Shown here one piece after another: positions 10,701 through 22,368 of a stretch of DNA of 64,000 nt. Positions within the stretch are counted from its first letter, which is position 1, and each line of letters begins with the position of its first letter. The position numbers and the translations under genes are program-made. The DNA comes from an uncultured Verrucomicrobiae bacterium (lineage in GTDB: Bacteria; Verrucomicrobiota; Verrucomicrobiia; Limisphaerales; Palsa-1400), in NCBI GenBank assembly GCA_963707025.1, contig CAVPOM010000010.1:1-64000 (forward strand), given 5' to 3'. The notes under the pieces are model-generated. The model ran no database searches. It worked only from the letters and a program-made list of their open reading frames with translations, and was not told the DNA's origin.

Positions 10701-12847
10701 AATGCCTCGACGTTCTCGGCAAAGCGCGGGTCGGTCACTGACGCTGCATCCGCAACTGAAAGTTTCTCCCGCACGTTGCCGGAGAGATACTGGTCGTCGG
10801 TTTCCCATTGGTTTGTTTGCGGGTTCAGAAAAATGATGCCTTTCAAGTCCGGCAAAAATTCCTGCACTGGTTTGTTGAGCAGGTCGGCCATGTGGTCGAG
10901 GTCAACGCAACCGTGCTCGTTCAAGGTGACGAGCAACGCCTCCTTCGGCGTGCCGACCGATTCAACCGGCTGGCGATGATGAATCGTGCGTTCGGTGAAA
11001 ATGGTGGCCTTGGTCGCGCGCTTCGTCTCGTCGTTGTAGTTCTCCAGCGAAAGCAGCAACGGCAAATCGGGGTCGCCGTCGAAGGCGCGCTGGTTGGCGC
11101 GAACATTCACCGGACCAAAGCGCCCGACAAAACGGTCGTAAGCCAGATTGAGTTGTTGCCGCGTTTCGAGGACACGTTCCTCGGTGCTGCCGTCCATCTG
11201 CGCCCGCAGACAATCACGCACTGCATCCCGCACCGGAATCAAATGACGGATGCGCGAGCGCATATCGCTGGGCATGTCGGTGAGCGGGCGCAGAACATTT
11301 TCCTCGCGGATGCAGACCATGCCGTCGTGCAGACAGTAGGCGTTGGGTTTAACGAAATCGGGCGCGGGAATGGATTCTTCGAGCGTCGGCTCGGCAATCT
11401 TGTGTGACTGCGCCTCGTAAACGCCCTGCGGAAGTTGTTCGACTGCTTGAGCCAGTGCCTCCGCCAAATTGCGACCGTCCGGTTCCAGCGTCGGTTCGTT
11501 GCCGCCATACATTCCACCGGTGAGGCGCATTTGACCGAGCATCATTTCCGGTCGGGTGGCGAAGTATTCGTTGATGGTAAATGCCTCGCCGCCATCGTTG
11601 GTATGTTCGGCGGTTTCTTTCCAAGCCGGGCCAGTGGGCGTTTCACCTGGGTGCAGTCTGCGAAGCATCACGATGTCGGTCGTGACTTCCGTGCCGGCGT
11701 TCTTTTTGAAAGCGTCATTCGGCAGACGGATTGCGCCGAGCAACTCCGTGCGCGTGGACAACAATTCACGCAACGTCGAATCGAGTTTATCCATCGTGCC
11801 GCGCGACGTGATGAACATCAGCAAACCACCGGGGCGAACTTTTTCCAAAGCCGCCGCGAAAAAATAATCATGGATGGAAAATTTGTAATTGTTGAAACGC
11901 GGGTCGTGAACCGTGTAATCACCGAACGGCACATTGGAAACAGCGAGGTCGTAAAATCCATCGGCGAGTTTGGTTTGCTCAAACGGCTGGGCACGGATGT
12001 CCGCGTCGGGATAAAGAGCCTTTGCAATGCGTGCGGTCAACGGATCAATTTCAATGCCGGTGACGGTCGAGCGACGGAGCATCTCTTCAGGCATGAGGCC
12101 GACGAAGTGGCCGATGCCGCAGGCGGGTTCAAGCACGCGCCCGCCCTTGAATCCGAACCGCTCGGCGGCGCGATACATCGCGCCGATGACGGTCGGCGCG
12201 GTGTAATGGGCGTTGAGGGTGGTGGCGCGGGCCGAACGGTGTTCTTCATCCGAAAGAATTTCTGAAAGCCGGAATTGCTCTTTGCGCCAGTCGGTGTTGT
12301 CCACGTCGAACACCTGGGGCATCGCGCCCCAGCCGACATATTTTACGAGCGCGGCTTTTTCCTCCGGCGTCGCCGGCCGTTCCTCGGCATCGAGTTGCCG
12401 CAGCGTTTCGATTGCCGCGATGTTCTTTTGAAACTTGAGTTTCGGGCCGCCGTCGCCCAGGCGGTCAGCCTCGGTGATGCGGTAGGCGTTGAGATTTTTT
12501 GGCGATTCTTCCTGATGACGGTGAATTATTCTTCGGGTGGCAGGAGGATGTATTTCTCCCGCACCATTTCCCACGCCTGCGTCTGCGCCTGTTGCGCCGT
12601 TTTTCCCTGCTTCATCAATTCCATGCGCAGCGTGGCCATTTCGTCCTTCGTCTTTTCCTCCGCTTCGAGAAGCATCTGGTGCAGAAGCCCCTTCCGTTCC
12701 AGGTCGCGCACCATTTTCGGACGGTGTTCGCGCCAGTGTTTCTCGGCCATCCGGCCGTATTGTGTCAATGTTGTCATTGGTCGGCCTTCGCGTTGAGAAA
12801 AGGTCCAGCTGCTGGTTTAATTCTACATGGTTTCGCCGGGTTGCCAT
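7699..12847 (-). CDS. Large N6-adenine methyltransferase + SF2 (SNF2-like) helicase, DarB-like; one frameshift near 8380
   Basis: VLEPACGIG and NVPF MTase motifs, VGAGKT Walker A, DEAH, TGTP and QREGRILRQG; the C-terminal tail continues in ORF 7699-8271. Confidence 0.9.
12526..12777 (-). CDS. tnpV: TnpV-like protein nested in an alternative frame of the helicase 5' region
   Basis: LTQYGRMAEKHWREHRPKM...AQTQAWEMVREKYIL resembles the TnpV family pattern. Confidence 0.7.
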   Translation of the reverse strand: MTTLTQYGRMAEKHWREHRPKMVRDLERKGLLHQMLLEAEEKTKDEMATLRMELMKQGKTAQQAQTQAWEMVREKYILLPPEE

Positions 12848-12880
12848 GATTATCTTGCGGTATTTCTGTGGCGCTTCAGT

Positions 12881-13108
12881 TCACTTTGGGAAAAGGTCGC
12901 CAATTGGCACTTTCAACGCCTTTGCGAGAAAGTAAGCGTGTTTGTCCGTGGCTACATACTTCTGCAACTCGATATTGCTGAGCACATCGCGGGTGATGCC
13001 GAAGAAATTCAGCACCTCCACTTTCGCAACCAGCATGTTTTGGGTCAGCCGTTGTTGATCACGAAGCCGGGCAACATTGCGGCCAATGAGATTCGCGTCG
13101 CGTCGCAT
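12881..13108 (-). CDS. XRE-family HTH transcriptional regulator
   Basis: NLIGRNVARLRDQQRLTQ...ITRDVLSNIE...LAKALKVPIGDLF. Confidence 0.8.
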   Translation of the reverse strand: MRRDANLIGRNVARLRDQQRLTQNMLVAKVEVLNFFGITRDVLSNIELQKYVATDKHAYFLAKALKVPIGDLFPK

Positions 13109-13525
13109 AATGTTTTTGTGTCATTTATAGGTTTAGTTGTCCTTCGTCAGGCGTGCCTGGCACACAAAATCAAATGCGGTGAGGGAGGATCGAAAAAACG
13201 GAGGCGACTCTGAAACCTGTGCGGCAGCGACGGTGCGAATGCTCATGCAAAACAAGCGGCAAGCCGCTCGAAGAAGCTCTGATTGGTGGTCGTGACTGAA
13301 AACGCTTGATTGAGCATCGGTTTTCATATTTGGAATGTTTTTTGGGTTCGCGTCCAATCATAGGGTTCCGTCTGACGCTGCCAACGGATGTTTGCGGCCA
13401 CGATCCGGTTTGCGGCGTCAAGCATGAAGGACCGGTTCTTCATCTGTCCGGTTGGCTGAAACGGTCAAAAGTTGTCCCTTGAATGACCTTTCAAATTTAA
13501 CGTGCGTGGATTAAATATTATCTGT

Positions 13526-14602
13526 ATGAGCACCAAACCCGCATTGCGTTTGAGCAATCTGATCGCCAATGAAACCTCCGGTGCGATCACATTGAACCGC
13601 CTGGCAGAACTGATCAACGAAGCTAACCGGGAAGCTGGAACCGGTTGTTTTTTGAATCGCCGGACTTTGGCTAAAATCAAAAACATGCCGCATAAAGTCG
13701 GGCTGACCTATAACATATTGGTCGCGCTGAACACCTATTTCAAAAAACGCGGGGTGGGATTGCAACAGTTGCCGATTCTTGAAACCCGTGGTGTTTTGGA
13801 AGTTTTGGTGGATTCCCCTCGTGTGGTTTTCATGCTTGGTGCAAAAGCCCGGCCCGAAGAGCGGACTGACATGAGCCGGTGGGATACGCGTTCATTGGCC
13901 AAGCTGCTGACCCAGACTTCCAAATTTGACCTGCATCGCGAATTTGACATTGAAGATGTGCTTTGGCGGAGCCCGGTTGAACCGGCGGCACTCCAATCCG
14001 AGCGCTGGCATCACATTCTGGATGAAGACCGGGCGTCGGTGGTCTCCATCGGTTCGCCGCTGGCCGCCTTGAGCAGCGAGGTCATGCTCGCCCGAATGTT
14101 CGGGGTTCAGCCATTTGACAGGCCGCAGTTCAAGGCGGGCCGACAACTGCCGTTCTTCTTTAGCTGGCTTCCACAAAAAGCTGGAAATTTTCGCAGCGCT
14201 TTTGGACTGACGTGGCGTGAACTGCAATCCGATTTACCCGCGATTGCAAAACTCGTGAAACGCAAACAGGCGGGAGCATTTATCCTTGATGGCGTTCCAC
14301 ACGGGGTTCTGAACAAGGGCAAAGTCTGGACCATGTATGGCGTCATCGCCGCACAACGGCGCGCGGCTGGCAATGTGTGGCTGGTTGTGTCCGGTTATGC
14401 CGGGCCGGCCACTTATGCGACGGCGAAAATGGTCAAGGAAATTGCCGCCGAACTGCCGGGGACAAAAGGACACGCCTCAAAAGTTCTATGGATGCCGGTG
14501 AAGGTGAAAATCAAAGCTGGCGACTCCGATTCTTTGATGGGTGATGTCCGCGAAGTGGTGAGTGCGGAATTTGACGGCGAACCACGCCTGTGGCCGGTGT
14601 AA
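13526..14602 (+). CDS. Hypothetical protein with putative N-terminal HTH
   Basis: 358-aa ORF divergent from the XRE gene; ITLNRLAELI...LNRRTLAKI looks HTH-like; the C-terminal alpha/beta domain is unassigned. Confidence 0.6.
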   Translation: MSTKPALRLSNLIANETSGAITLNRLAELINEANREAGTGCFLNRRTLAKIKNMPHKVGLTYNILVALNTYFKKRGVGLQQLPILETRGVLEVLVDSPRVVFMLGAKARPEERTDMSRWDTRSLAKLLTQTSKFDLHREFDIEDVLWRSPVEPAALQSERWHHILDEDRASVVSIGSPLAALSSEVMLARMFGVQPFDRPQFKAGRQLPFFFSWLPQKAGNFRSAFGLTWRELQSDLPAIAKLVKRKQAGAFILDGVPHGVLNKGKVWTMYGVIAAQRRAAGNVWLVVSGYAGPATYATAKMVKEIAAELPGTKGHASKVLWMPVKVKIKAGDSDSLMGDVREVVSAEFDGEPRLWPV

Positions 14603-14667
14603 ACGCCGGTTGAAAAGAGCGGCGGTGAATACCGGCACAAGCCATCAGCGCACCGGTTTCGAGTGCT

Positions 14668-15571
14668 TCACTTCTGCCAGCGCTTTGATTTCCAAGTGAC
14701 TGGCAGCGTCTTTCCTTTTGCTGCCGCGTCCAGCGGAGGTTCCAGAAATTCGACCAAAAATTGGATGACGGCTTCGAGTGTCGGGGCTGCGGCCTTTGGC
14801 CCGGTCTTTCGCAGAAAAGCCTGCCAACCGCGAATTTTCGCCGGGTCGGCCCCAAACATTGGCGTCAAGCCAGCCGGCAGCCCTTCGGGAAACGCGGTGC
14901 CACGGCGGGCAAACGTCCCCGCGATGGACTTGGCCAGCAATGCGCCATCGAAGGGGAATTTTTGCGCGAGATAATGCAGGTCGAAATAATCTTTGAAACG
15001 CGAGTTCAACATTCCCAATTTCACAATGGCCTCCAATTTCTCGGCCACGACGGTTTCGCGCGAATAGGCCCGCAACTTGGGCGCCGCCATGCCCAGCATT
15101 ACGGGAAAAGTGATTTCCTCCGGCGCAACGGGCAGCGCGTCGCCGAAACCGACATCCACCTGCAACGGCACCACGGCCTTGCCAAGGTTGGCCCGCAGCT
15201 TCACCCGGATTCCGGCATATTCATCCTGGGCGCGAATGTCCTCGCACACGACCGAGCGCGGATCGAAATCAACTCCATCGGCTTCGACCTCCACGCGGCA
15301 CAACTCCCTGAAGATGTCCGCCAACCGTTCTGGTGACGGATGTCCGAAACCCAGAAGATCCAAATCCCGCGTGACGCGGTGCAGCGCCGGTTCCCAGAGC
15401 GCGAAGAGCATTGCCCCTTTCAAAACAAATTGTTCCCGATGACTGGAACGGGACAACCGGTAGAGCAACCGCTCCAACGTGAACCGCACCAGCAGCACGT
15501 TGTAATCTTCACCTGTGTTTGATCCGGCGTTTTGCCAGGCGGGCATGGACTGAAGCGGCAAGGTTTTTCAT
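14668..15571 (-). CDS. abiEii: AbiEii nucleotidyltransferase toxin (type IV TA); apparent frameshift near the 5' end
   Basis: FVLKGAML, RVTRDLDLL, AEKLEA, NSRFKDYFDL. The natural start MKNLAASVHARL at 15571 is in another frame. Confidence 0.88.
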
Positions 15572-16171
15572 GCGAGGCTGTCGAAATAGGGGCGCATGAC
15601 ATTAAGCACCCGGCAGACCTTGGCGTAATGCCAGAGTTCCTCGGAAGTGGCTTTCTTGTCCCCGCCACGCATCGCGCAGCGCCTCGACCGCGATGTTGAC
15701 GCCGATGCGGTTGCGAAAACGGAAACAATCGGCCACTGTTTTTGCGACGCAATAGACGGGCACAGACACGCCTTGAATGACATGCCGTTTGACTCCCTCG
15801 GTCATCATTTCCCCTGAAAGCGTCACTACGCGCAGCGTCGGGGTGGCGGATTTCGGTGGCCGCGTTCCGCGTGGAATGGCCATCCAGACCTCGGCGGGAT
15901 TTTCGGTGGTAAGGCCATGAAAACGGAGGGCGGATACCAGGCAGATCACTCCTTTCGGCGACCGTTTGGCCGCTTCCGCCAGCGAATGGTTTTCGGTCAT
16001 CGGCGCATCGGTTTGGACGTAAAGCCCCCGTCCGGTCTTCAGCAAATCGCCGCGCTCCACCAGTTGTTTGAGATAAGTTCGCGGAACGCCGCTGGATTTC
16101 AGGTCACGAGGGCGCAGCACTCCCAGCTTGCGCGTAAGCTTCAGCACCTTTTCCTGATGGTTTTTGGCCAC
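15568..16171 (-). CDS. abiEi: AbiEi antitoxin/transcriptional regulator; frameshift near 15660
   Basis: LVERGDLLKTGRGLY, ICLVSALRFHGLT, KTVADCFRFR; tail CRVLNVMRPY in the adjacent frame. Confidence 0.85.
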
Positions 16172-16328
16172 GGAGTTATTATTACATAATGTATGCAGAT
16201 AGCAACAAGTGAATACATTCTGTAAAACTGCCAAGCGAAGCGTATTCATTGGAAAAAACGCACGGAAGCCTGTCGCGAGGACAAGCTTCCGTGACTGGCG
16301 GTGACAAGGGCCGGTGGTGTGGCTGGTT

Positions 16329-16739
16329 TCAGACCCCGACACCTTCCGGCCTTTGTTGCTGCTGGCCTTGCATGCGGGCGACCGCGCGGCGCGCGGTGCG
16401 GGCGATCTGGGCGATGACGCCTTCCTTCTGGTCTTCGGGCAGGTCTTTCACCAGCGTTTCGTAGGCGTTCTTGAGCGCAGGGTTGGCATTGATGCGTTTC
16501 ATCATCCCCTCACGCATCCGATGCTGGCGATCCAGTTCACGCACTTCGTTGAGAACAACCGTGCGTTCGAGCCGGTCGCGGGGCATGGCTTGAATGTAGT
16601 TCCAATACTTCGGGTTCTCTTTGATGTGGGCATCAATTTTCGCATCCACTTCCGGGTTGGTCCGAAAGTTGGGTTCGTCTGCTGGGGCGGCATTGCCGCT
16701 GGCGCTCGGTGGCGCGGATGTTTTTGGTTTTGTGCTCAT
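16329..16739 (-). CDS. Hypothetical protein at the end of the T4SS operon
   Basis: 136-aa helical ORF co-oriented with the T4SS genes. Confidence 0.65.
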   Translation of the reverse strand: MSTKPKTSAPPSASGNAAPADEPNFRTNPEVDAKIDAHIKENPKYWNYIQAMPRDRLERTVVLNEVRELDRQHRMREGMMKRINANPALKNAYETLVKDLPEDQKEGVIAQIARTARRAVARMQGQQQQRPEGVGV

Positions 16740-16800
16740 AATGAGTTTGTATGGTTTATGTTTGTTTAGAATTGCCGGTTTGCTGAACCGGCAAAGTGAT

Positions 16801-17365
16801 TCACGGACTCAATGGGTCATCGGTTGCATTGGTCGTGGAAAGATTGGTTGCCGGGGATTGCACCTGGGCGGATTCAAGGGCGTCGAGCCGCTGCTTCATC
16901 TCGTTCACCGTCGCGCGCAGCAGCGCCGTTTCCTGCAAATTGGTTTTGGTCTGCTGCAACGCGGTTTGAAATTGCGCCAGAGCCGCCGACAGGGTTCGGG
17001 CCTGCATCATGATTTGGGTGGTGGCGAGCCTTTTGGGAATTGACCTCGGCCAGAATGGCATCGTTGACCGGGGCCGGGGCGAACGCCGCGTCGCGCGACG
17101 GCAACGCGGGCAGATTGCCGTCAGCCGGGCCGGGATGAAAATTCCAGCGCGTGTTTTCCTCGACGCGATAGACGACGTGCTGCTCGTGCATGATCAAATC
17201 GTCATTCGGGTCGGCGTAGCGTCCGACGTGATAGGCGTGGAGGACTTCGGGATAACGAATGCCGTCGGCGTTCGTCGCTGGCGGTTGCTGTGGCCGCAAC
17301 GTCAGCTTGGGCGTGGTGGAACACGCGGAGAGAAACAACAATGGAATGAGATAATACGCTTTCAT
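16801..17365 (-). CDS. Putative T4SS-associated lipoprotein (frameshifted)
   Basis: MKAYYLIPLLFLSAC lipobox; coiled-coil C-terminus in ORF 16801-17061. Confidence 0.55.
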
Positions 17366-18418
17366 GGTTTTGATTTGGTTGTGTTCGTCGTTTTCCTGGG
17401 TGACGGGAATGGCGGTGCCGCCGAGCGAGGCATCGGCGGCGTCAATGGTTTGCAGGACGTAGAGATAAAATTGTTTTCCGCTCGGCACGCGGACGTAAAA
17501 ACCGTTCTTTTGAATCGAATCGAAGATTTGCTGGGCGTAGGTTTGCAGCACCGCCTGCGCGCCCGCAAAGGGCGCGTTGTTGAGCGTGGGACTGTTGACG
17601 GGACCGAAGACGGTTTGTTGTTTCTCCGTCAACGCGCCCGCCGCGCCGGACAGGAACGTGGCGGCAAACAGTTTGATGTCGGCCAGGTTGTCGGACTTGA
17701 TGACCTCGCCGCGCAGTCCGGCGCTGCCGTCGGTGATGGCCCAGCCGGTCTGGTTGGTGTCATTTTCAAACTCGCGGTCAAGGGCGATGGCCTTGATTTG
17801 CATTTCCATCCCGTTCTGCCAGATCAGCGTCCAACTGTTGCCGCTGGCGATGCGTTCACGTTGATGGTCGGTTTGGGCCGTCCCATGAATCTCCGTGCCT
17901 GCCGGGATAACCAATTTGCCACCATAATATATGTTCTCGGTGACGAGGCCGACGATGGGCGTCTGGATGGAAGCCGAGTCCACCGTGATGACCGTCTCAC
18001 AGGGAATCAGCCGTCCGAACGGGGCAAACACCGCGCTCAACTTTTTGGCCGGCGGAATTCCCGCCGAACTGTCGGCAAACAAACTGATGGGCGAGAGCGT
18101 TGGTGCTTGGTTCGCGGGAACCACTGGCAACGGAGAGGGTTTCGGAAAAGCAGACTGCGGCGATGACGGCAACGTCGTTGGCTCCGGCTTGGGCGGCGGC
18201 GGATAATAAACCTGCATTGGCCGCGTGACGGACTGCACCACCTGGGGCTTGTCCGTGGCGTTGGTAGCCAGAGCCGTGACACTGACCGCATCTTCGGCAG
18301 ACGGGTGGTGTTTGCGAACGACACTGAAAATGATCAGTGCGGCGGCGAACAGCGCGATAAAGGCAACGAGCTTGCCGGTCTTGGTTTTGAAAAAATTGAG
18401 AAAATCGCGCGGTTTCAT
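17362..18418 (-). CDS. virB10: VirB10/TrbI-like T4SS core protein
   Basis: N-terminal TM, Pro-rich linker, PFGRLIPC...LVIPAGTEIHG...DGSAGLRG...YVRVPSGKQF. Confidence 0.8.
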
Positions 18419-19343
18419 AGATGGCCTCTGGGTGAACGGATGGGTTTCACGCTGGGGGTATTGGTAACAGTGACAACGGGGGGCGGCGGTGTCGGTGATA
18501 CTCGTGTCACCAAAACCGTGAAGGCATTGCGCAAGGACAATTCGTTGCGCCCGCCGTCCGGCGTGCCGCTGACGGCGAAATAAACGATGCTCCGGCCTTT
18601 GGGCGGCACGGTGCCGTCAGCGTCACTGATGGACTGCGGATAAAGCCGGTTGCCCGCGCGCAGCGTGAAACTGTCCGGCTGATAAATCAGGGGCGCGTCA
18701 ATCTTGTTGGTGATGACGAGGCGAAAAACCAGCGTGTCCTCGGCGTTGAATCGGAAGGTTTCTTCGATCTGGATTTCGTAGTCGTTGAAATCGCTGACGA
18801 GCGGTTTGCCGTCGTAGGTGGTGAAGTCCACGTTGGCGACACTTTCGGGCTGCTGGGCTTTGAGCAACGGAAACGCCTTGGCCTTGTCGAGCAAGCGCCA
18901 GCAGTTTAATCGGGCTGACTTCGGGCGCATGGCCGACGCCTTCCTCCTCCGGCGTTGGCGGCGCTGCCAGGTTGAGCGAAAGCACCGGCTGGTCGCTTTC
19001 GGTCAGTTCAAAAACGTAGGTGTGGTCGTTCCAGCGGATGTTGAGATTGGCGGATGCCTTGGGGAACAGGGCGCGCACGGAAAGAAACGCCGAGCCTTTG
19101 GTGTGGGCCAGTTGAAACAGGCCCGGCGTTTTTCCGTCCACCGTGACGCCCGCGCCGTCAATGGCGGTGATGGCGCCGGGGAAACTGATGGTGGTGACGC
19201 GGTTGGTGGCAACCGGCACAGACACGGCGATGCGGTCGTCCAGCAAGACCTGTTCGAGATGGCCTGGTGAAGTCGCGCCAGCGCAACGGTGGCGGTGAAC
19301 ACCGATGACGGTGAAGCAATAAGATTTTAGCGGTTGATTTCAT
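18415..19343 (-). CDS. VirB9/TraK-like secreted T4SS component (split across frames)
   Basis: Signal-peptide-like start, VTTISFP beta-rich N-domain, position between virB8-like and virB10 genes; pieces 18415-18930, 18698-19246 and 19158-19343. Confidence 0.55.
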
Positions 19344-19991
19344 ATTTGAAGTCGCCCACGGCGGTGGGGAAGCGTCCGTTCAAGGCCATGTTGGGGTTGC
19401 GGATGAGGCGGAGCCGGAGCGTGAACGGAAACGCCTCGGTGAACGCCTTGTCTTGAAAGATGCCGCTGCGGATGATCTGGCCGGTGACAGCGGCCAGCAC
19501 CTCGTTGTCGCGCGTCGCCAGAATGTCAATGCGGGCAATCTCGGCTTTCTGGTGCAACTGCTTGGCGCGAAATTCGACCATCTCCTTGACGCGCTCATCC
19601 TGCGCCTTCGCCAGCGCGGGTTTGAGGAACATCAATTTGAGCAAATCGGGATTGTCGAAGTCCTTGGGATTGCGTTCGAGGAACGCCATCGTTGCGAGTT
19701 CGGCCTGTTGGACGTGCAAATCCTTGGCCTCCGAAAACTGGAGCAACGGACTCAAGTAATACGTTCCGGCGGGGTCAATGATGACGACGCGCTCGCGCTG
19801 TTTGAATTGTGAGACGATGTGGTAGCGGTCAATCGCCGAGAGCAGCAACACGGCGACGGTGAAGAAAAACCAGAACCACGGCAGCCGGTCGCGCTGGGCC
19901 AAAAGCCGGGTCAGATCAAAGCGGCGCGGCGTGCGGCTTGGCGGCATTCGGCGCTTTTGGTTTCGGTGGTTCGTAATTCGGGGGTGTCCAT
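19327..19991 (-). CDS. VirB8/TraE-like inner membrane protein
   Basis: Single TM (WFWFFFTVAVLLL) then a periplasmic domain ending RNPNMALNGRFPTAVGDF; typical operon position. Confidence 0.6.
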
Positions 19992-19994
19992 AGG

Positions 19995-21063
19995 TCAGTA
20001 ATAATTGGGTTTGGATTTGGCGATGAGTTCGCGAACGGCCTTGTTGCCGGTGATGTCGTCGCCGGGCCGACCGCGCGCGGAGCGCGGCGGCAGGCCGGAC
20101 CCGGCGATGATGATTGCGCCCGCGCTGCCCATGTTGGCGGCGGACGACATGGTGCTTAACAGCGCGGCCATGCCCGCCGCGCCAGCGGTGACGGCAGGAA
20201 TGCCGGTGCTGGAAGCGGTCGCGGCAGCGCCCGCAGTCGTGGCGGCGGTCTGGAGAAAACTGCTGACGCCGCCCGCGAGCAACGCGCCTCCGGGCTGAAT
20301 GCCGTGGGCGATGACATTTTGAATGATGACGGGCGCGGCAACGGTGCTGAAAATGATCCAGAAGCCAACCACGGCGACGCCGATGGTTTTCTGCAAATCG
20401 GGCAAGCGTGGAAGTCGGATCAATGTATTCAAAGCTGGGGTCGGTCATGAAATCGAGAATGCCCTGGGTGACGAGCGCGGCGAGCGCCCAGCCCAGCGGC
20501 CACAACAAAACGCCGACAAGATTCATGAGGTAGCGGTTGCCGGTGTGCTTCAACGCCGGAATCGCCATGAAACCGATGAGCAAGGGCGAAAGCGCGTAGC
20601 CGAGATTCAGGATGATCGTCTGGAAGATGTAAGCCCAGAACATCATCAGCGAAGCAAACTGGCCGACGAGCCAGAGGACGGCGGAGATGATCAGGTCGGT
20701 GGTAAAATTGTGGAGCTGCGACATGACATTCCACCAGGACGATTGCGTGGCCGGGTCGCGTTTGATGATGAGCAGATGATTGAACTGCTGATAGACGTTG
20801 GCCGGGTCAACGCCCAAGCCGGAGAGGATGGAAGTTTGCAGCAAATTTTGCAGGGTGTTGCCCCAGGCGGGCAGGAACACGAGCAAGGACGTGAGCAACA
20901 ACAGGCGCAGGAGCAAATTCAGAATGGATTTGTGTGAAGAATGTTGCTTCACGGTGACAATGACGCCGACAATGAAAAGCGCGAAGGCCACGCTCAACAG
21001 CAGCGTGTGGAGATCACCACATTTGGCGAGGAATGTGGGAAAGATGCTGTCGAACGTGGCCAT
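19995..21063 (-). CDS. virB6: VirB6/TrbL-like polytopic membrane protein; frameshift near 20400
   Basis: Several TM helices (LSPLLIGF...VLLWPLGW) and an Ala/Gly-rich tail in ORF 19995-20432. Confidence 0.7.
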
Positions 21064-21096
21064 GATGAACGCAGGGTTGACGGTTATGGATGGTGG

Positions 21097-21899
21097 TTAC
21101 GGCGTCGGGAATACGGTCGGCGCGTTCAGCAACTGGAACTTCGCCGTGTAATTGCTGACGGCCTCCGTCGAACTCGGCGTTCTGCTGTTCGGTCAACGCC
21201 TGAATTTGTTTCTGCTGGTCGTTCCGGTTCTGGATGTCCTGCACCATCGCGGACGACGCCGCCTGATTCACCTCGTCATCCGTGCTGGCCAGGTCGCCGT
21301 TCAGGCTGGTGAGAACGCCATGCAACTTCTGCACCTCGGCATCGGTCGTGGCGTTCTGGAGTTGCTGGGTGGTCTGCGCGATTTGGTCCTTGATGGTCGC
21401 GCGCCGTTGCGCCGCGTTGTCGGCGACCGTGACATAGTTGTTGGCGGTGTTGATGATGGCCGCAAACGGTTTGTATTGGTCGGCGGGCCGTTGGATGGTC
21501 TGGCCGCCGGGCGTCTGGAAGCTGGTGCCCACCGTGGCGTAGATGCCCGAATCATTGTAGGTCAGCGCGTAGTTGCCGTCGGCATTGGCGACCAGATTTT
21601 CGAGGTTCTAGACCCGGCTCAAGGCTCTGCAAGTCGGCGTTCAATGGCGCAACCATTGACAGCACCACTTGAGACGGATTGCCGAACAGGGATTCATAGT
21701 TCTTGAACTCGCTCAACTGGTCGGTGAGCGTGTTGATTTGCTGCACCTGGTTGTCAATCATCGTGACGTATTTGGCGATGTTCTCGGCTTCATCCAATAT
21801 CTGCTCGATGTTCATCGTCGGGTCATAGACGATCCACTGCGCGCGGGCGGAGAACGCCAGCGGCAGGGCGATGAGGGCTGCTACGATTAGTTTTTTCAT
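21097..21899 (-). CDS. VirB5/TrbJ-like protein (frameshifted)
   Basis: Signal peptide followed by AQWIVYDP and Gln-rich coiled coils; pieces 21552-21899 and 21014-21532. Confidence 0.7.
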
Positions 21900-21911
21900 A
21901 TTTGTTTCCTT

Positions 21912-22356
21912 TCACTGTTGTTGTGTTGGTTTACTTGCTTCGATGCGGAGAAATTGGGTGGTGGGTTTGAAAATCACGCCGTCAATGGTCTGTTCCGGCA
22001 GATGCACTTCATAAAGCCGGACCCGGCCTTCATCACCGGCCTTGGCCTGCTGCATGGAGACGTAAAGCCAGTATTGTTGTTTGACGGCATCGCTGCGGCC
22101 CTTGTCGTAGCCGGTCTGGTAGGACTTGTCGTTCTGCTTGCTGTTGGCGTAGTGAAGTCCTTCGCCAAGCAGGACACCGCCCGCCGCACCGCCCGCGATG
22201 GCCATCGGGATTGTTGTGGGAAAGTTCGCCGCCGAGAGCCGCGCCGCCCGCCCCCAACGCCACATCAGTGACGGGTCGGGTGACAGCGGCGCAGCCCGTG
22301 AACAGGCACACGACACAGGCAAGAGGAATGAATCGAAGCAATTTTTTCATAAGCAT
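21912..22356 (-). CDS. Glycine-zipper lipoprotein (frameshifted)
   Basis: CLFTGC lipobox; GAGGAALG and AGGAAGGVLLG glycine zippers. Confidence 0.55.
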
Positions 22357-22368
22357 TTTGGTTTTGGT

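Noticed and set aside
13158..13173. Second sigma54 promoter at TGGCACACAAA
   Set aside because: It shares 11 bp with the 26225 site but lacks the -12 GC and has no nearby downstream gene start; may be chance.
16874..18418. Genuine VirB10-lipoprotein fusion (514 aa)
   Set aside because: An internal Met plus lipobox and a natural stop in the adjacent frame indicate two genes joined by a frameshift.
19327..21063. Genuine VirB6-VirB8 fusion (578 aa)
   Set aside because: The middle segment is out-of-frame Arg/His-rich text; the real VirB6 tail is in ORF 19995-20432.
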